64,000 nt of DNA from Betaproteobacteria bacterium (GTDB lineage Bacteria; Pseudomonadota; Gammaproteobacteria; Burkholderiales; SG8-39). A program made the position numbers and the translations under genes. The notes beneath the pieces were generated by a model that saw only the letters and a list, made by a program, of their open reading frames with translations, made no database searches and was not told where the DNA came from. Below are positions 26,562-36,480 of this stretch, in pieces. The number at the start of each line of letters is the position of its first letter. Position 1 is the stretch's first letter. The stretch spans positions 5,050-69,049 of the forward strand of contig CANKMT010000011.1 of NCBI GenBank assembly GCA_947482825.1, read 5' to 3'.

Positions 26562-27533
26562 ATGAATCTCGCACCCTTGCTCTTGTCAATCGCCGCAGCC
26601 TTCGCTTGCCTCGGCGCCTCCCTCGCACAAGCGCAGGCCTATCCGTCCAAGCCGGTCCGGTGGGTGGCGCCCTTCGCGCCCGGCGGAACCAGCGACATCG
26701 TGGCGCGCGCAGTGGCGCAAAAGCTCAGCGTCTCGCTGGGCCAGCAGGTCGTGATCGAGAATCGGCCCGGCGCCGGCGGGAACATCGCCGCCGACAGCGT
26801 CGCGCGCGCGCCCGCCGACGGCTACACGCTGCTCACTGGATTTCCGGGCCTGGCGATCAACCCTGCCTTGTACGCGAAGCTCGCCTACGACCCGCTGAAA
26901 GACCTCGCGCCGGTCACCCTGATGACCGCCGCGCCGCTCGCGCTGGTCGTGTCGCCCACGCTTTCCGCGGCGGCGGTAAAGGACGTGCTGTCGATGGCCC
27001 TGGCCCAGCCGGGCGCCCTCAATTTCTGTTCGGCCGGCAATGGCACCTCCTCGCACCTCGCCGGCGAGCTGTTCAAGAGCCTGGCGAAGATCGATATCGT
27101 GCATGTGCCCTACAAAGGTTCGGTCGAGTGCATGCCCGACCTCATCGGCGGCCGGATCACGCTGATGATCAACCCGCTGCCGGAAATGATTCCCCTGATC
27201 AAGTCGGGCAAGCTGCGCGCCATCGCGGTCAGCAGCCTGAAGCGCGCGCCAAGCATGCCCGACCTGCCGACGGTGCATGACACCGGCGTGCCGGGCTATG
27301 AGGTCAGCACATGGAACGGCGTGATGGTCCCGGCCGGCACGCCGCCGGCCATCATCAGCCGGTTGAACACCGAGATCGTCGCGGTGTTGCGCAGCGCCGA
27401 ACTGCGGCGCCAGTTCGAGGACCAGGCGCTCACGGTGATGGCCAACACGCCGGAGGAGTTCGGCGCCTTCCTGCGCGCCGAGACTGCAAAGTGGGCGGGC
27501 GTCGTGCGGGCCTCGGGCGCGCGCATCCAGTAG
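26562..27533 (+). CDS. Bug/TctC-family periplasmic binding protein
   Basis: Signal peptide plus AQAYPSKPVRWVAPFAPGGTSDIVARAVAQKL...ENRPGAGG. Confidence 0.92.
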   Translation: MNLAPLLLSIAAAFACLGASLAQAQAYPSKPVRWVAPFAPGGTSDIVARAVAQKLSVSLGQQVVIENRPGAGGNIAADSVARAPADGYTLLTGFPGLAINPALYAKLAYDPLKDLAPVTLMTAAPLALVVSPTLSAAAVKDVLSMALAQPGALNFCSAGNGTSSHLAGELFKSLAKIDIVHVPYKGSVECMPDLIGGRITLMINPLPEMIPLIKSGKLRAIAVSSLKRAPSMPDLPTVHDTGVPGYEVSTWNGVMVPAGTPPAIISRLNTEIVAVLRSAELRRQFEDQALTVMANTPEEFGAFLRAETAKWAGVVRASGARIQ

Positions 27534-27554
27534 CGCGCAGGGAGAAGACTTTCT

Positions 27555-28385
27555 ATGAAACACCTCACACGGGAGCAGGTCGGACAGTTCCATAGCGAGG
27601 GCTACATCTCGCCGCTCACCGCGATGCCCGAAGCCGAGGCGCGGGCTTTCCGCGACCGGCTCGAAGCCTCGGAGCGCGAGTCCGGCCCGCTCAGGATCGG
27701 CAAGTACGGCTCGAAGTCGCACCTGCTGTTCACTTGGGTGGACGAGATCACGCGCAACCGGCGGCTTCTCGATGCGGTCGAGGACCTGATCGGCGAAGAC
27801 ATCCTGATCTACACGCTCACGCTTTGGATCAAGGGTGCGAAGGATGGCGCATTCGTCGACTGGCACCAGGACGCGTCGTATTTCGGGTTGGAACCCAAGG
27901 AGCAGGTCACGGCTTGGGTTGCGCTTTCGGAGAGCTCGGAGCAAAGCGGCTGCGTGCGGGTGATCCCGCGCAGCCACCTGGGCGGTGTATACCGCCACAG
28001 CATCCGCGAGGGCACTTCGAACCACATGCTGCCCCGACGGCAGGCCGTGGACACCGAAGTCGACGAGGCGAGCGCCGTGCGCATGCCCTTGAAGCCCGGC
28101 CAGTTCTCGCTGCACCACACGCTCGCGATCCATGGCTCGGAGCCCAACCTGTCCGACGACCGGCGCATCGGCGTCGGCATCAGCTATATCCCGACGCGCG
28201 TGCGGTTCACCGGCAAAGCCAGGCTCACCGGCATGCTGGTGCGCGGCACGGATCGCTACGGGCACTTCGACCACGAGCGGGCGCCCGTTGCGAACTGCGC
28301 GCCTGACCAGGTGGCCTATCACGCGCAGGTGATGAAGAACTACTTCGACTCGAAGAAGGACCTGCGCCTGGCCGACGCGGAGTGA
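27555..28385 (+). CDS. Phytanoyl-CoA dioxygenase (PhyH)-family Fe(II)/2OG oxygenase
   Basis: FHSEGYISP..., WHQDASY (HxD) and distal H in SLHHTLAIHGS. 276 aa. Confidence 0.85.
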   Translation: MKHLTREQVGQFHSEGYISPLTAMPEAEARAFRDRLEASERESGPLRIGKYGSKSHLLFTWVDEITRNRRLLDAVEDLIGEDILIYTLTLWIKGAKDGAFVDWHQDASYFGLEPKEQVTAWVALSESSEQSGCVRVIPRSHLGGVYRHSIREGTSNHMLPRRQAVDTEVDEASAVRMPLKPGQFSLHHTLAIHGSEPNLSDDRRIGVGISYIPTRVRFTGKARLTGMLVRGTDRYGHFDHERAPVANCAPDQVAYHAQVMKNYFDSKKDLRLADAE

Positions 28386-28403
28386 CGTTTCGCGAACCGT
28401 CGT

Positions 28404-29597
28404 CTACGCGGCCTGCGCCGCAAGGCCGCTCTGGCGCTTCAGCGCCGCCCGGCTCGGGAAGAAGATCGAGGCCACCAGCGTCAACGCCGCGAGCACCGCA
28501 AGCAGCATGAACACGGTGCGAAAGCCGCTGGTCTTGTGGAAGTGCGAGATCATGGGCACCGCCATCGAGGCCACCCCGAAGGTGACGAGATAGCGCACCG
28601 CGAATACCCGAGAGCGGTATTCGTCGGGCGTATAGCGTCCCACGATCGCATCGTTTAGCGGGATCTGCCCGAACACCGAAAGCATCATCAGCACCGACAC
28701 GATCAACAGCGGCCACCCGTCGAGCTGGCTCGCCACGAACAGCAGCACGACCTGGGCGAGCGTTATCGGCAGGAGCAAGGTGCGCAAGTCGTGCTTGTCG
28801 ATCATCGGCCCGACCACGATCTGTGAGAACGCGGCAATGGTGTAGACCATGCTCACGAGCAGCCCGATCCCGAGGCTGGTGTTGGTGAGCGCCGTCAACC
28901 GCTCGTCGAACACCTTGGGCATCGAGATCGTGGTCGCGTTGAAGATCAGCCCGCCGCACGAAGTGGCCACCAGCAGCACGAGGATGATCCGGTACATGGT
29001 GCGCGTATCGACGTGGAGCGCCGCCTTCTTGCCGGTCTTCACGATCGCGCCCGGATCGGCGACCCAGGCGAGCCAGCCGATGCCGGCGGCGACGCAGAGC
29101 GCGCCGGGCACGAAGAACGCCGTGCGCCAGCCGTAGAAATCCATCAGGAAACCGGACACGACGGCGGCAAAGGCCAGGCCGAGGTTGCCGTCCAGGCCGT
29201 TCCAGCCCAGTACGCGGCCCATCACCTTGGGGTCGGCCACGATCATGGCGGTAGCCACCGGGTGGTAGATGGCGGCGAACATGCCGAGCACCGTCAGGCC
29301 CGCTGCGATCTGCCAGGTCTCGGTTGCAAAGCCGGTAAGGACCAGCGCGCCGCCGAGACCGAAGAAGAACACCGTCATCATGTTGTAGCGGCTCCAGCGG
29401 TCGCCGAGCCAACCCGCGGGCAACCCGAGCACGCCGAAGGCGATGAAACCGCCAAGGGACAGCGGCAAAAGCTCCGCATACGGCCGGTTCAGGTCGCGCG
29501 AGAGGGCCAGCACCACCGTCGGGAAGATCAGCATGACGAGGTGATCGAGGGCATGGCCGAGGTTGATGAACGGCAAAAGCGCGGGATTTTTCTTCAT
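28404..29597 (-). CDS. MFS transporter
   Basis: 12-TM-like hydrophobic profile. Preferred start ATG 29597 (MKKNPALLPF...) with GGAG RBS. The ORF is open to TTG 29672. Confidence 0.85.
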   Translation of the reverse strand: MKKNPALLPFINLGHALDHLVMLIFPTVVLALSRDLNRPYAELLPLSLGGFIAFGVLGLPAGWLGDRWSRYNMMTVFFFGLGGALVLTGFATETWQIAAGLTVLGMFAAIYHPVATAMIVADPKVMGRVLGWNGLDGNLGLAFAAVVSGFLMDFYGWRTAFFVPGALCVAAGIGWLAWVADPGAIVKTGKKAALHVDTRTMYRIILVLLVATSCGGLIFNATTISMPKVFDERLTALTNTSLGIGLLVSMVYTIAAFSQIVVGPMIDKHDLRTLLLPITLAQVVLLFVASQLDGWPLLIVSVLMMLSVFGQIPLNDAIVGRYTPDEYRSRVFAVRYLVTFGVASMAVPMISHFHKTSGFRTVFMLLAVLAALTLVASIFFPSRAALKRQSGLAAQAA

Positions 29598-29684
29598 TTT
29601 GTCTCCGGGAACTGCGTCTCCAGGCAACAGATTACGCGTGGGCATTGCGTCCGTCACGCGACTATCGGACAATTTCTATTGCGT

Positions 29685-30515
29685 ATGAGACAGACCCACA
29701 GATCCACCTCCCGGCCTCAGGCACCGCTGCGTCGCAGTACGCGCGGCGACGACTACCAGAGCGTACCCCGACCCGTGGCGGCCATGGCGCGCGACCTGCC
29801 CTCGGACTACGAAATCGCGTGGCACAGCCACCCGCGTTTCCAGCTTGTCTACGGCGCGCAGGGTGTCATGACGGTCGATACACGCGGCACCAGTCCGGGG
29901 GAGACCTGGGTCGTGCCGCCGCAGAGGGCCGTGTGGCTTCCGCCGGGCATCGAGCACCGCATCATCACCTCGAGCGAGGTCAAGTTCAGGACGCTGTATG
30001 TCGCCTCTGAAGCGGCGAAAGCCATGCCGCAGCGTTGCGTGGCGTTCGCGATCACACCCTTGCTTCGCGAACTCATCCTGCGCGCGACCGAACTGCCAGT
30101 GGAGTACGACGAAAAGGGCGCCGCCGGCCGCGTGATGCAGCTGATCCTCGACGAACTGGCTTCGCTCGCGGGCTTGCCGTATAACCTGCCGATGCCCGCA
30201 TCGAACATGCTTTCGCGCATCTGCCGCGCCATCATCGAAAGCCCCAACGACCGAATCACCATCGAGGAACTCGGCTCGCGCCACGGCACGACCACGCGCA
30301 CGCTCGCGCGGCGGTTTCGGCGCGAGACCGGCATGAGTTTCTCTGAATGGCGGCGGCGCGCCCGGCTGCTTCGGGCGCTGGCCTGGATCGCCGAAGGTCG
30401 ACCGATCCTCGCCGTGGCACTGGACCTCGGCTACGACAGCCCTAGTGCGTTCTCTGCGATGTTCAAACGCGAATTCGGCCTGCCGCCTTCGCACTACCGC
30501 GCGAGCGCGGCATGA
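29685..30515 (+). CDS. AraC-family transcriptional regulator (cupin N-domain plus HTH)
   Basis: WHSHPRFQLVYGAQGVMTV cupin part; C-terminal IEELGSRHGTTTRTLARRFRRETGMSFSEWRRRARLL...GYDSPSAFSAMFKREFG. Alternative start ATG 29784. The first half of ORF 29013.. is antisense to the MFS gene. Confidence 0.88.
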   Translation: MRQTHRSTSRPQAPLRRSTRGDDYQSVPRPVAAMARDLPSDYEIAWHSHPRFQLVYGAQGVMTVDTRGTSPGETWVVPPQRAVWLPPGIEHRIITSSEVKFRTLYVASEAAKAMPQRCVAFAITPLLRELILRATELPVEYDEKGAAGRVMQLILDELASLAGLPYNLPMPASNMLSRICRAIIESPNDRITIEELGSRHGTTTRTLARRFRRETGMSFSEWRRRARLLRALAWIAEGRPILAVALDLGYDSPSAFSAMFKREFGLPPSHYRASAA

Positions 30516-31117
30516 GCGCGCAGAAGATTTCCGGCGTGATCCTCGCGGGCGGACAGGGCCGGCGCATGGGCGGCGTCGACAAAGGCCTGCAGTTGCTCGG
30601 CGGCAAGGCCATGATCGAGCACGTAATCGCACGCCTCGCGCCGCAGGTCGACGAGATCGTGATCAACGCCAACCAGAACCTCGACCGCTACGGGCAGCTG
30701 GGCCACACCGTCGCGCCGGATGTCACCGGGGGATTTGCCGGGCCGCTGGCCGGCTTGCAGGCCGGATTGCAGGCGGCGAAATTCCCTTTGGTGGTGACCG
30801 CGCCCTGCGACTCGCCTTTCCTCCCTGCCGACCTCGTTTCCCGCCTTGCCGGTGCACTCGGCGACAATCAGCTCGCCGTGGCGAAAACCGGCGACCAGCC
30901 GCATCCTGTGTTCGCTCTCGTGCGCCGCGACGTGCTGGAGCACCTTACCGCCTACCTTTCCGGCGGCGGGCGCAAGATCGACGCGTGGTATGCCTCACTG
31001 CGGGTGGTCGAGGTACCCTTCGACGACGAAGCAGAAGCTTTCAGCAACATCAATACGCGCGAGGAACTTCTCGCCGGGGAAAATGGGGCCAGGGTCGATT
31101 TTCCGCCCAGGCCATGA
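30512..31117 (+). CDS. mobA: Molybdenum cofactor guanylyltransferase MobA
   Basis: ILAGGQGRRMGGVDKGL N-terminus; PCDSPFLP. ATGA overlap with the araC-family stop. The last ~12 codons lie inside a repeat element. Confidence 0.9.
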   Translation: MSAQKISGVILAGGQGRRMGGVDKGLQLLGGKAMIEHVIARLAPQVDEIVINANQNLDRYGQLGHTVAPDVTGGFAGPLAGLQAGLQAAKFPLVVTAPCDSPFLPADLVSRLAGALGDNQLAVAKTGDQPHPVFALVRRDVLEHLTAYLSGGGRKIDAWYASLRVVEVPFDDEAEAFSNINTREELLAGENGARVDFPPRP

Positions 31118-31208
31118 TTCATTGACCACCTAAAAAGAAAATCGACCCTGGCCCCAATTTCCCCATTGACCACCTACAAGGAAAATCGACCCTGGCCCCA
31201 ATTTCCCC
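31076..31208. repeat. Palindromic element, family member d: 29-bp left arm plus two tandem 44-nt units each carrying a right arm
   Basis: Left arm ggggaaaatGGGGCCAGGGTCGATTTTCC (31076-31104). Right arms GAAAATCGACCCTGGCCCCaatttcccc at 31137-31164 and 31181-31208. Tandem units at 31121-31164 and 31165-31208. Confidence 0.85.
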
Positions 31209-31233
31209 AATTTCCCAATCAATCGAAACGATC

Positions 31234-32487
31234 GTGAGCTGTCTGGACGGCTACGACCCGGACGCATTGCGCGTGGACAAGGCCTGCGCGGCGATCCGCG
31301 CGTGCCTCACTCCGATCACCGGCATCGAGCGCGTCGCTACACGCTCGGCGCTCGGCCGCGTGCTGGCCGAAGAAATCATCCCGACGATCGACGTTCCGAC
31401 ACACGACAACTCGGCGATGGACGGCTATGCATTGCGCTCGCGCGACCTCGTAAAAGGCGCCGACACCTGGCTGCATGAGATCGGCACCGCGCTGGCGGGC
31501 CGCAAGTTCGAAGGCGAGTTGAAGGCGCGCGCCTGCGTGCGAGTGATGACCGGAGCGGTCATGCCCGAAGGCGCCGACATGGTCGTGGTGCAAGAAGTCG
31601 TCAAGAGGGACGAGGACGCGATCATCATCCCGGCCGGCCAGGTCAAGGGCCAGAACGTGCGCCTGGCAGGCGAGGACCTCAAGAAAGGCGTGCCGGTGCT
31701 CAAGCCCGGGCACGCGATCGGGCCGGCAGAGCTTGGGCTGATCGCGTCGCTTGGAATTGCGGAAGTCATGGTGAAGCGGCGCCTGCGCGTGGCCTTCTTT
31801 TCCACCGGCGACGAACTCGCTTCGGTCGGCACGCCGCTGCCCGAGGGCCATGTCTACGACTCGAACCGCTACACGCTCTACGGAATGCTGCAGCGGCTCG
31901 GGGTGGAGATCCTCGACATGGGTGTGGTCCGCGACGACCCGGCTCAGCTCGAATCCGCCCTGCGCACGGCGGCGATGAATGCGGACGTGGTCGTCACTTC
32001 CGGCGGCGTGTCGGTGGGCGAGGCAGATTTCATCAAGGCCATGATGGCCAAGTTGGGCGAAGTGCTGTTCTGGAAGATCGCGATGCGCCCGGGCCGGCCG
32101 ATGGCTTTCGGCCGGATCGAGTCCGACGGGCACTCGGCTTTCCTCTTCGGCCTCCCCGGCAATCCGGTGGCGGTGATGGTCACTTTCCACCAGTTCGTGC
32201 GGGACGCCCTGCTTCACCTCGCGGGGCGGACCGGCGACTGCGCGATCCCGCTCTTGCGCGTGCCCTGCGTCGCGGACTTGCGCAAAGTGCCCGGGCGCAC
32301 AGAGTACCAACGCGGAATCCTGTCCAATGAGGAAGGCGTGTGGCGCGTGCGCCTCACGGGCCAACAGGGTTCGGGCGTGCTGCGCTCGATGTCCGAGGCC
32401 AATTGCTTCATCGTGCTCGAGCACGACCGCGAAAACATAAAAGCCGGCGACCTGGTCGACGTGCAACTTTTCGAAGGTCTGATATGA
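31234..32487 (+). CDS. moeA: Molybdopterin molybdenumtransferase MoeA
   Basis: 417 aa (GTG start); MoeA N-, MoCF-binding (STGDEL, TSGGVSVGEADF) and C-terminal domains. Confidence 0.92.
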   Translation: MSCLDGYDPDALRVDKACAAIRACLTPITGIERVATRSALGRVLAEEIIPTIDVPTHDNSAMDGYALRSRDLVKGADTWLHEIGTALAGRKFEGELKARACVRVMTGAVMPEGADMVVVQEVVKRDEDAIIIPAGQVKGQNVRLAGEDLKKGVPVLKPGHAIGPAELGLIASLGIAEVMVKRRLRVAFFSTGDELASVGTPLPEGHVYDSNRYTLYGMLQRLGVEILDMGVVRDDPAQLESALRTAAMNADVVVTSGGVSVGEADFIKAMMAKLGEVLFWKIAMRPGRPMAFGRIESDGHSAFLFGLPGNPVAVMVTFHQFVRDALLHLAGRTGDCAIPLLRVPCVADLRKVPGRTEYQRGILSNEEGVWRVRLTGQQGSGVLRSMSEANCFIVLEHDRENIKAGDLVDVQLFEGLI

Positions 32488-33557
32488 ATCCTCTCCTCGA
32501 ACTGAACAGTTTCGGCCAGTCGGTCTGGCTGGACTATATCCGCCGCGACTTCATCACCAGCGGCGGCCTGCAAAAGCTCATGATCGAGGACGGCCTCGCG
32601 GGCATGACCTCCAATCCGGCGATCTTCGAGAAGGCGATCGGCGGGGGCAACGAGTACTCGGCTGCGATCGGCACGCTGAAGGCCAAAGGGCTCGGCGCGA
32701 CGGAACTGTACGAGGCCCTCGCGGTCGAGGACATCCAGACGGCGGCCGACCAGTTCAAGCCGGTGTACGAGGCGAGCAAGGGGCATGACGGCTATGTGAG
32801 CCTCGAGGTTTCGCCCTACCTCGCGCGCGACACCGCCGCGACGGTGGCCGAGGGGCGGCGGTTGTGGAAAGAGGTTGCGCGGCCCAACCTCATGGTAAAG
32901 GTGCCGGGCACGGCCGAAGGGCTGCCCGCGATCGAGTTGTTGATCAGCCAGGACATCAACGTCAACGTCACGCTGCTTTTCTCGCGCGCGGTGTACGAGC
33001 AGGTTGCCGAGCGCTACATCGCGGGGCTCGAGCGCCGCGCGGCCGAAGGCGGCGACCTCGGGCGCGTGGCCAGCGTGGCGAGCTTTTTCGTCTCGCGCAT
33101 CGACAGCGCGGTCGACCCGCTGGTGCCGGAAGCGCTGCGCGGCAAGACGGCGATCGCCAACGCCATCCTTGCGTACGCGAGCTACAAGCGAATCTTCTCG
33201 GGCATCCGCTGGGAGAACCTTGCCGAAAAGGGCGCGCGCCCGCAGCGACTGCTGTGGGCCAGCACCAGCACCAAGAACCCCGCCTACCGGGACGTGATGT
33301 ACGTCGAGGAGTTGATCGGAACCAATACGGTGAACACCCTGCCGCCGGCCACGCTCGAGGCCTTCCGCGACCACGGCAAGCCGCGCGCGAGCCTAGAAGA
33401 AGACGTCGATGCCGCGCGCGCGACGCTCGATGCGGTGGCGACACACGTGTCGCTCGACGAGATCACCGCCAAGCTGACAGTAGACGGCGTTAAGCTTTTC
33501 GCGGATGCCTTCGACAAGCTGCTCGCCGCGGTGGAGGCGGCGAGAAAGGCTGCATGA
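32484..33557 (+). CDS. tal: Transaldolase (long, Tal-Pgi-type clade)
   Basis: MNPLLELNSFGQSVWLDYIRRDF...GMTSNPAIFEKAI...LMVKVPGT...NVTLLFS. ATGA overlap with the moeA stop. Confidence 0.9.
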   Translation: MNPLLELNSFGQSVWLDYIRRDFITSGGLQKLMIEDGLAGMTSNPAIFEKAIGGGNEYSAAIGTLKAKGLGATELYEALAVEDIQTAADQFKPVYEASKGHDGYVSLEVSPYLARDTAATVAEGRRLWKEVARPNLMVKVPGTAEGLPAIELLISQDINVNVTLLFSRAVYEQVAERYIAGLERRAAEGGDLGRVASVASFFVSRIDSAVDPLVPEALRGKTAIANAILAYASYKRIFSGIRWENLAEKGARPQRLLWASTSTKNPAYRDVMYVEELIGTNTVNTLPPATLEAFRDHGKPRASLEEDVDAARATLDAVATHVSLDEITAKLTVDGVKLFADAFDKLLAAVEAARKAA

Positions 33558-33569
33558 CCGGCGCTGGGC

Positions 33570-35012
33570 TCAGGTGTAAGCCGGCGGCGCGGCGAAAGCG
33601 TAGTACTCGCGCTCGAGCAGCTGCGCGAAGCGGATCGTCGTGAGGTCGCCGTACTGCGGGCCGACGATCTGCACCGAGAGCGGCAAACCTTCCGGCGAGA
33701 GCCCGATCGGGGCGGCGGTGCCCGGCAGGTAGCACATTCCCGAGATCCCGGCCCACCACATCTGTGTCGTCAGCGGCTGCGGCTTGCTGTTGACGATAAT
33801 CATCCGCTCCCAGCGCTCGCCCGGCATCGAGTGCGGGTAGGCGGCCGTGGCCGCATTGGGGCAAAGCACGACATCCCAGTCCTTGAAAAACTCCGCCCAC
33901 GCAAGGCGCATCTGGTGCCGGCGGTTGGAGGCAAGCAGCCAGTCCTTGTGCGCCTGGGTGTTGGCGCGGACCATCTGCGCGTAGTAGCCCATGTCTTTCG
34001 GGCCGAGCTTCGCCTTCGCCGCCTGCATCTGCGCGAACTGCGCCGGCGTCTGGCGGCCGGAGGTCGCGCCGCGCAGCAACTGGATGAAGACGCGGTGGGC
34101 CTCGCCGAAATCGAAGTCCGGCATCGCTCGCTCTGAAACCTTTGCGCCCTTGCTCGCGACGAATTGCGCAAGCCTGCGGATCGAGTTCTGCACGCTCACA
34201 TCGGCTTCGGCCGTCGGGTGCGTTGCGACTACGGCCACGCGCCATCCCTTTAGCGACTTCTTCTCGCACTTGGGCAGCTGGACTCTCGTGCCCGCGCCGT
34301 CGATTGCGTCGGGTCCGGCGATCAGCGACAAGCCCAGTTCCAGATCCATCGCGCTGCGCCCCATGGGGCCGATCACGGTAATGTCGGTGGGATGCACGTA
34401 GCCGGGAAGCGTGTGGCCGGCCGTCGAGCAGAGGTTCCATGTGGGCTTGTGGCCGTAAACGCCGCAAAAGTGCGCCGGGTTGCGGATCGATCCCCCGATG
34501 TCGCTGCCGGCTTCCATGCCGGTGAGGCCGGCCGCCAGTGCCGCCGCCGCACCGCCAGAAGATCCGCCGGGCGTGCGATCGAGGTTCCAGGGATTGAAGG
34601 TGCGGCCGTAGACCGGGTTCACGGTCTCCCAGTCGGCCAGCAGCGTGGGCACGTTGGACTTGCCAAACACATTGCCGCCAGCGGCGAAGAAACGGTCCAC
34701 GGCAAGCGCGTTGGACGCAGCGCGGTCTTTCGCGTATTCGGCAAGCCCCCACGTGGTCGGATGGCCCTTGAGGTCGAACGATTCCTTTACCGTCATCGGC
34801 AGGCCGGCCAGCACCCCTTTCTTGCCACCTTTGCGATCCAGCGCCTTCGCGCGCTTGCGCGAGGCATCCATGTCGAGCACCGGCAGCGCATTGAGCTTGC
34901 CGTCGTGCTTCTTGATGCGTGCGGCGTAAAGATCGAGCAATTCGAGCGCGCCTATCTTCTTCGCCTTGAGAGCGCGGATGAGGCGCGTGGCCGACCAGAA
35001 TGCGATGTCCAT
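33570..35012 (-). CDS. Amidase (amidase-signature family)
   Basis: AS signature GGSSGGAAAALAAGLTGMEAGSDIGGSIRNPA. Start ATG 35012 lies 1 nt after the rmuC stop. Confidence 0.88.
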   Translation of the reverse strand: MDIAFWSATRLIRALKAKKIGALELLDLYAARIKKHDGKLNALPVLDMDASRKRAKALDRKGGKKGVLAGLPMTVKESFDLKGHPTTWGLAEYAKDRAASNALAVDRFFAAGGNVFGKSNVPTLLADWETVNPVYGRTFNPWNLDRTPGGSSGGAAAALAAGLTGMEAGSDIGGSIRNPAHFCGVYGHKPTWNLCSTAGHTLPGYVHPTDITVIGPMGRSAMDLELGLSLIAGPDAIDGAGTRVQLPKCEKKSLKGWRVAVVATHPTAEADVSVQNSIRRLAQFVASKGAKVSERAMPDFDFGEAHRVFIQLLRGATSGRQTPAQFAQMQAAKAKLGPKDMGYYAQMVRANTQAHKDWLLASNRRHQMRLAWAEFFKDWDVVLCPNAATAAYPHSMPGERWERMIIVNSKPQPLTTQMWWAGISGMCYLPGTAAPIGLSPEGLPLSVQIVGPQYGDLTTIRFAQLLEREYYAFAAPPAYT

Positions 35013-35013
35013 T

Positions 35014-36480
35014 TCAGTTTTCCCCGGGTTCGTCAGTGCTGTCGTTGGCCGATTCCACGCCGGCGCCAAGCAACCTCTGCGCCTGCGCTTCGGGCACGCC
35101 TTCCACGTCCTTCAATTTCCTTGAAATCTGGCGAGTTCGCACTTCCGCCGTGTCGATGGTGTCGGCTGCTTTCTGGATCTGCTCGCGGGTCTTGGCGAGA
35201 ACATCGCCGAACTTGCCGAACTCGGTCTTCACCGCACCGAGGACCTGCCAGACCTCCGAGGAGCGTTTCTCGATCGCGAGCGTGCGGAAACCCATCTGCA
35301 AACTGTTCAGCAGCGCAGTGAGCGTGGTCGGTCCCGCAATCGTCACGCGATAGTCGCGCTGCAGGAGATCCGAGAGCCCTGGGCGCCGGAGGGCCTCGGC
35401 ATAGAGGCCTTCGGTCGGCAGGAACAGCAGCGCGAAGTCGGTGGTGTGCGGCGCCTCGATGTACTTGTCGCGGATCGACTTGGCTTCGAGCTTGAGGCGG
35501 GTTTCGATGGCTTTCGACGCAGTGTCCATGCCTGCGATATCGCCCGCGTCCTGCGCTGCAAGCAGGCGGTCGTAGTCTTCGACCGGGAACTTGGAATCGA
35601 TCGGCAGCCAGACCTGGCCTTCGCCCTGCCGGCCCGGAAGGCGGATCGCGATCTCGACTCTCTCTCCCGAGCCGGGCCGCGTTTCAATGTTCTTGCCGTA
35701 CTGCTCCTTGGTCAGGATCTGGTCGAGCAGATTCTCCAGCTGGACTTCGCCCCAGGTGCCGCGCGTCTTCACGTTGGTCAGCACGCGCTTGAGGTCGCCC
35801 ACGCCCGCCGCCAGAGACTGCATCTCGCCGAGGCCCGCGTGCACCTTGTTGAGCTGGTCGCTCACGGTCTTGAAGGCTTCGCCGAGCCGCTGCTCCAGCG
35901 TGGCGTGCAGCTTTTCGTCCACTGTGGCCCGCATCTTCTCGAGCTTCTCGGCGTTGTCCTTCTGGATCGATTCGAGCCGCGACTCGATCAGCACGCGCAT
36001 TTCTACCAGGCGTTTGTCGCTCGCCTCCTGGATCGTGCCCAGTTGCTGGTTGAGCGATTCGGAGAAGCGTTTCAGCGTGCCGGCGCTCTCCTCGCGGCCC
36101 ATGCGCGCGTCTTCCTTGGCTTCGCCGAGCTTCTTGTCCACCGTCTCGCGCAGGTCGGCGAGGCGCTTTTCGTTGGTCGCGGTGAGTTGGGTGAGTTCGC
36201 GCGAGAACGTGTCGATCTGGTTGTTCTGCACGGTGGCGATCGAGGTCATCTGCGTGCCCACTTGCTGCGAGAGGCGCGTGACGCTCTCGGAGAGCTCGCC
36301 GCGCAGTTCGCGCGAGGCGGATTGGGACTCGGCCCGGTTGCGCTCGAACTCCTCGCGCAGAAGCTTTTCCTGCGCCTTCTCGCGCCCGTCGTCGGCGCTG
36401 ACGGCCCGCAGAACCAGTGCGCCGACCGCCAGCGCGGCAAGCGCCGCGGCCAACGCCAACCAGGGCAGGACTTCGTTCAT
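35014..36480 (-). CDS. rmuC: DNA recombination protein RmuC
   Basis: N-terminal TM, long coiled coil, C-terminal RmuC nuclease-like domain (DFALLFLPTEGLYAEAL). Confidence 0.88.
   Translation of the reverse strand: MNEVLPWLALAAALAALAVGALVLRAVSADDGREKAQEKLLREEFERNRAESQSASRELRGELSESVTRLSQQVGTQMTSIATVQNNQIDTFSRELTQLTATNEKRLADLRETVDKKLGEAKEDARMGREESAGTLKRFSESLNQQLGTIQEASDKRLVEMRVLIESRLESIQKDNAEKLEKMRATVDEKLHATLEQRLGEAFKTVSDQLNKVHAGLGEMQSLAAGVGDLKRVLTNVKTRGTWGEVQLENLLDQILTKEQYGKNIETRPGSGERVEIAIRLPGRQGEGQVWLPIDSKFPVEDYDRLLAAQDAGDIAGMDTASKAIETRLKLEAKSIRDKYIEAPHTTDFALLFLPTEGLYAEALRRPGLSDLLQRDYRVTIAGPTTLTALLNSLQMGFRTLAIEKRSSEVWQVLGAVKTEFGKFGDVLAKTREQIQKAADTIDTAEVRTRQISRKLKDVEGVPEAQAQRLLGAGVESANDSTDEPGEN

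Noticed and set aside
26586-28322. 578-aa ORF on the minus strand spanning the Bug and PhyH genes
   Set aside because: Antisense to two well-supported genes. Its composition is Arg/Gly/His-rich with no recognisable motifs. This is the usual long shadow ORF of high-GC DNA.
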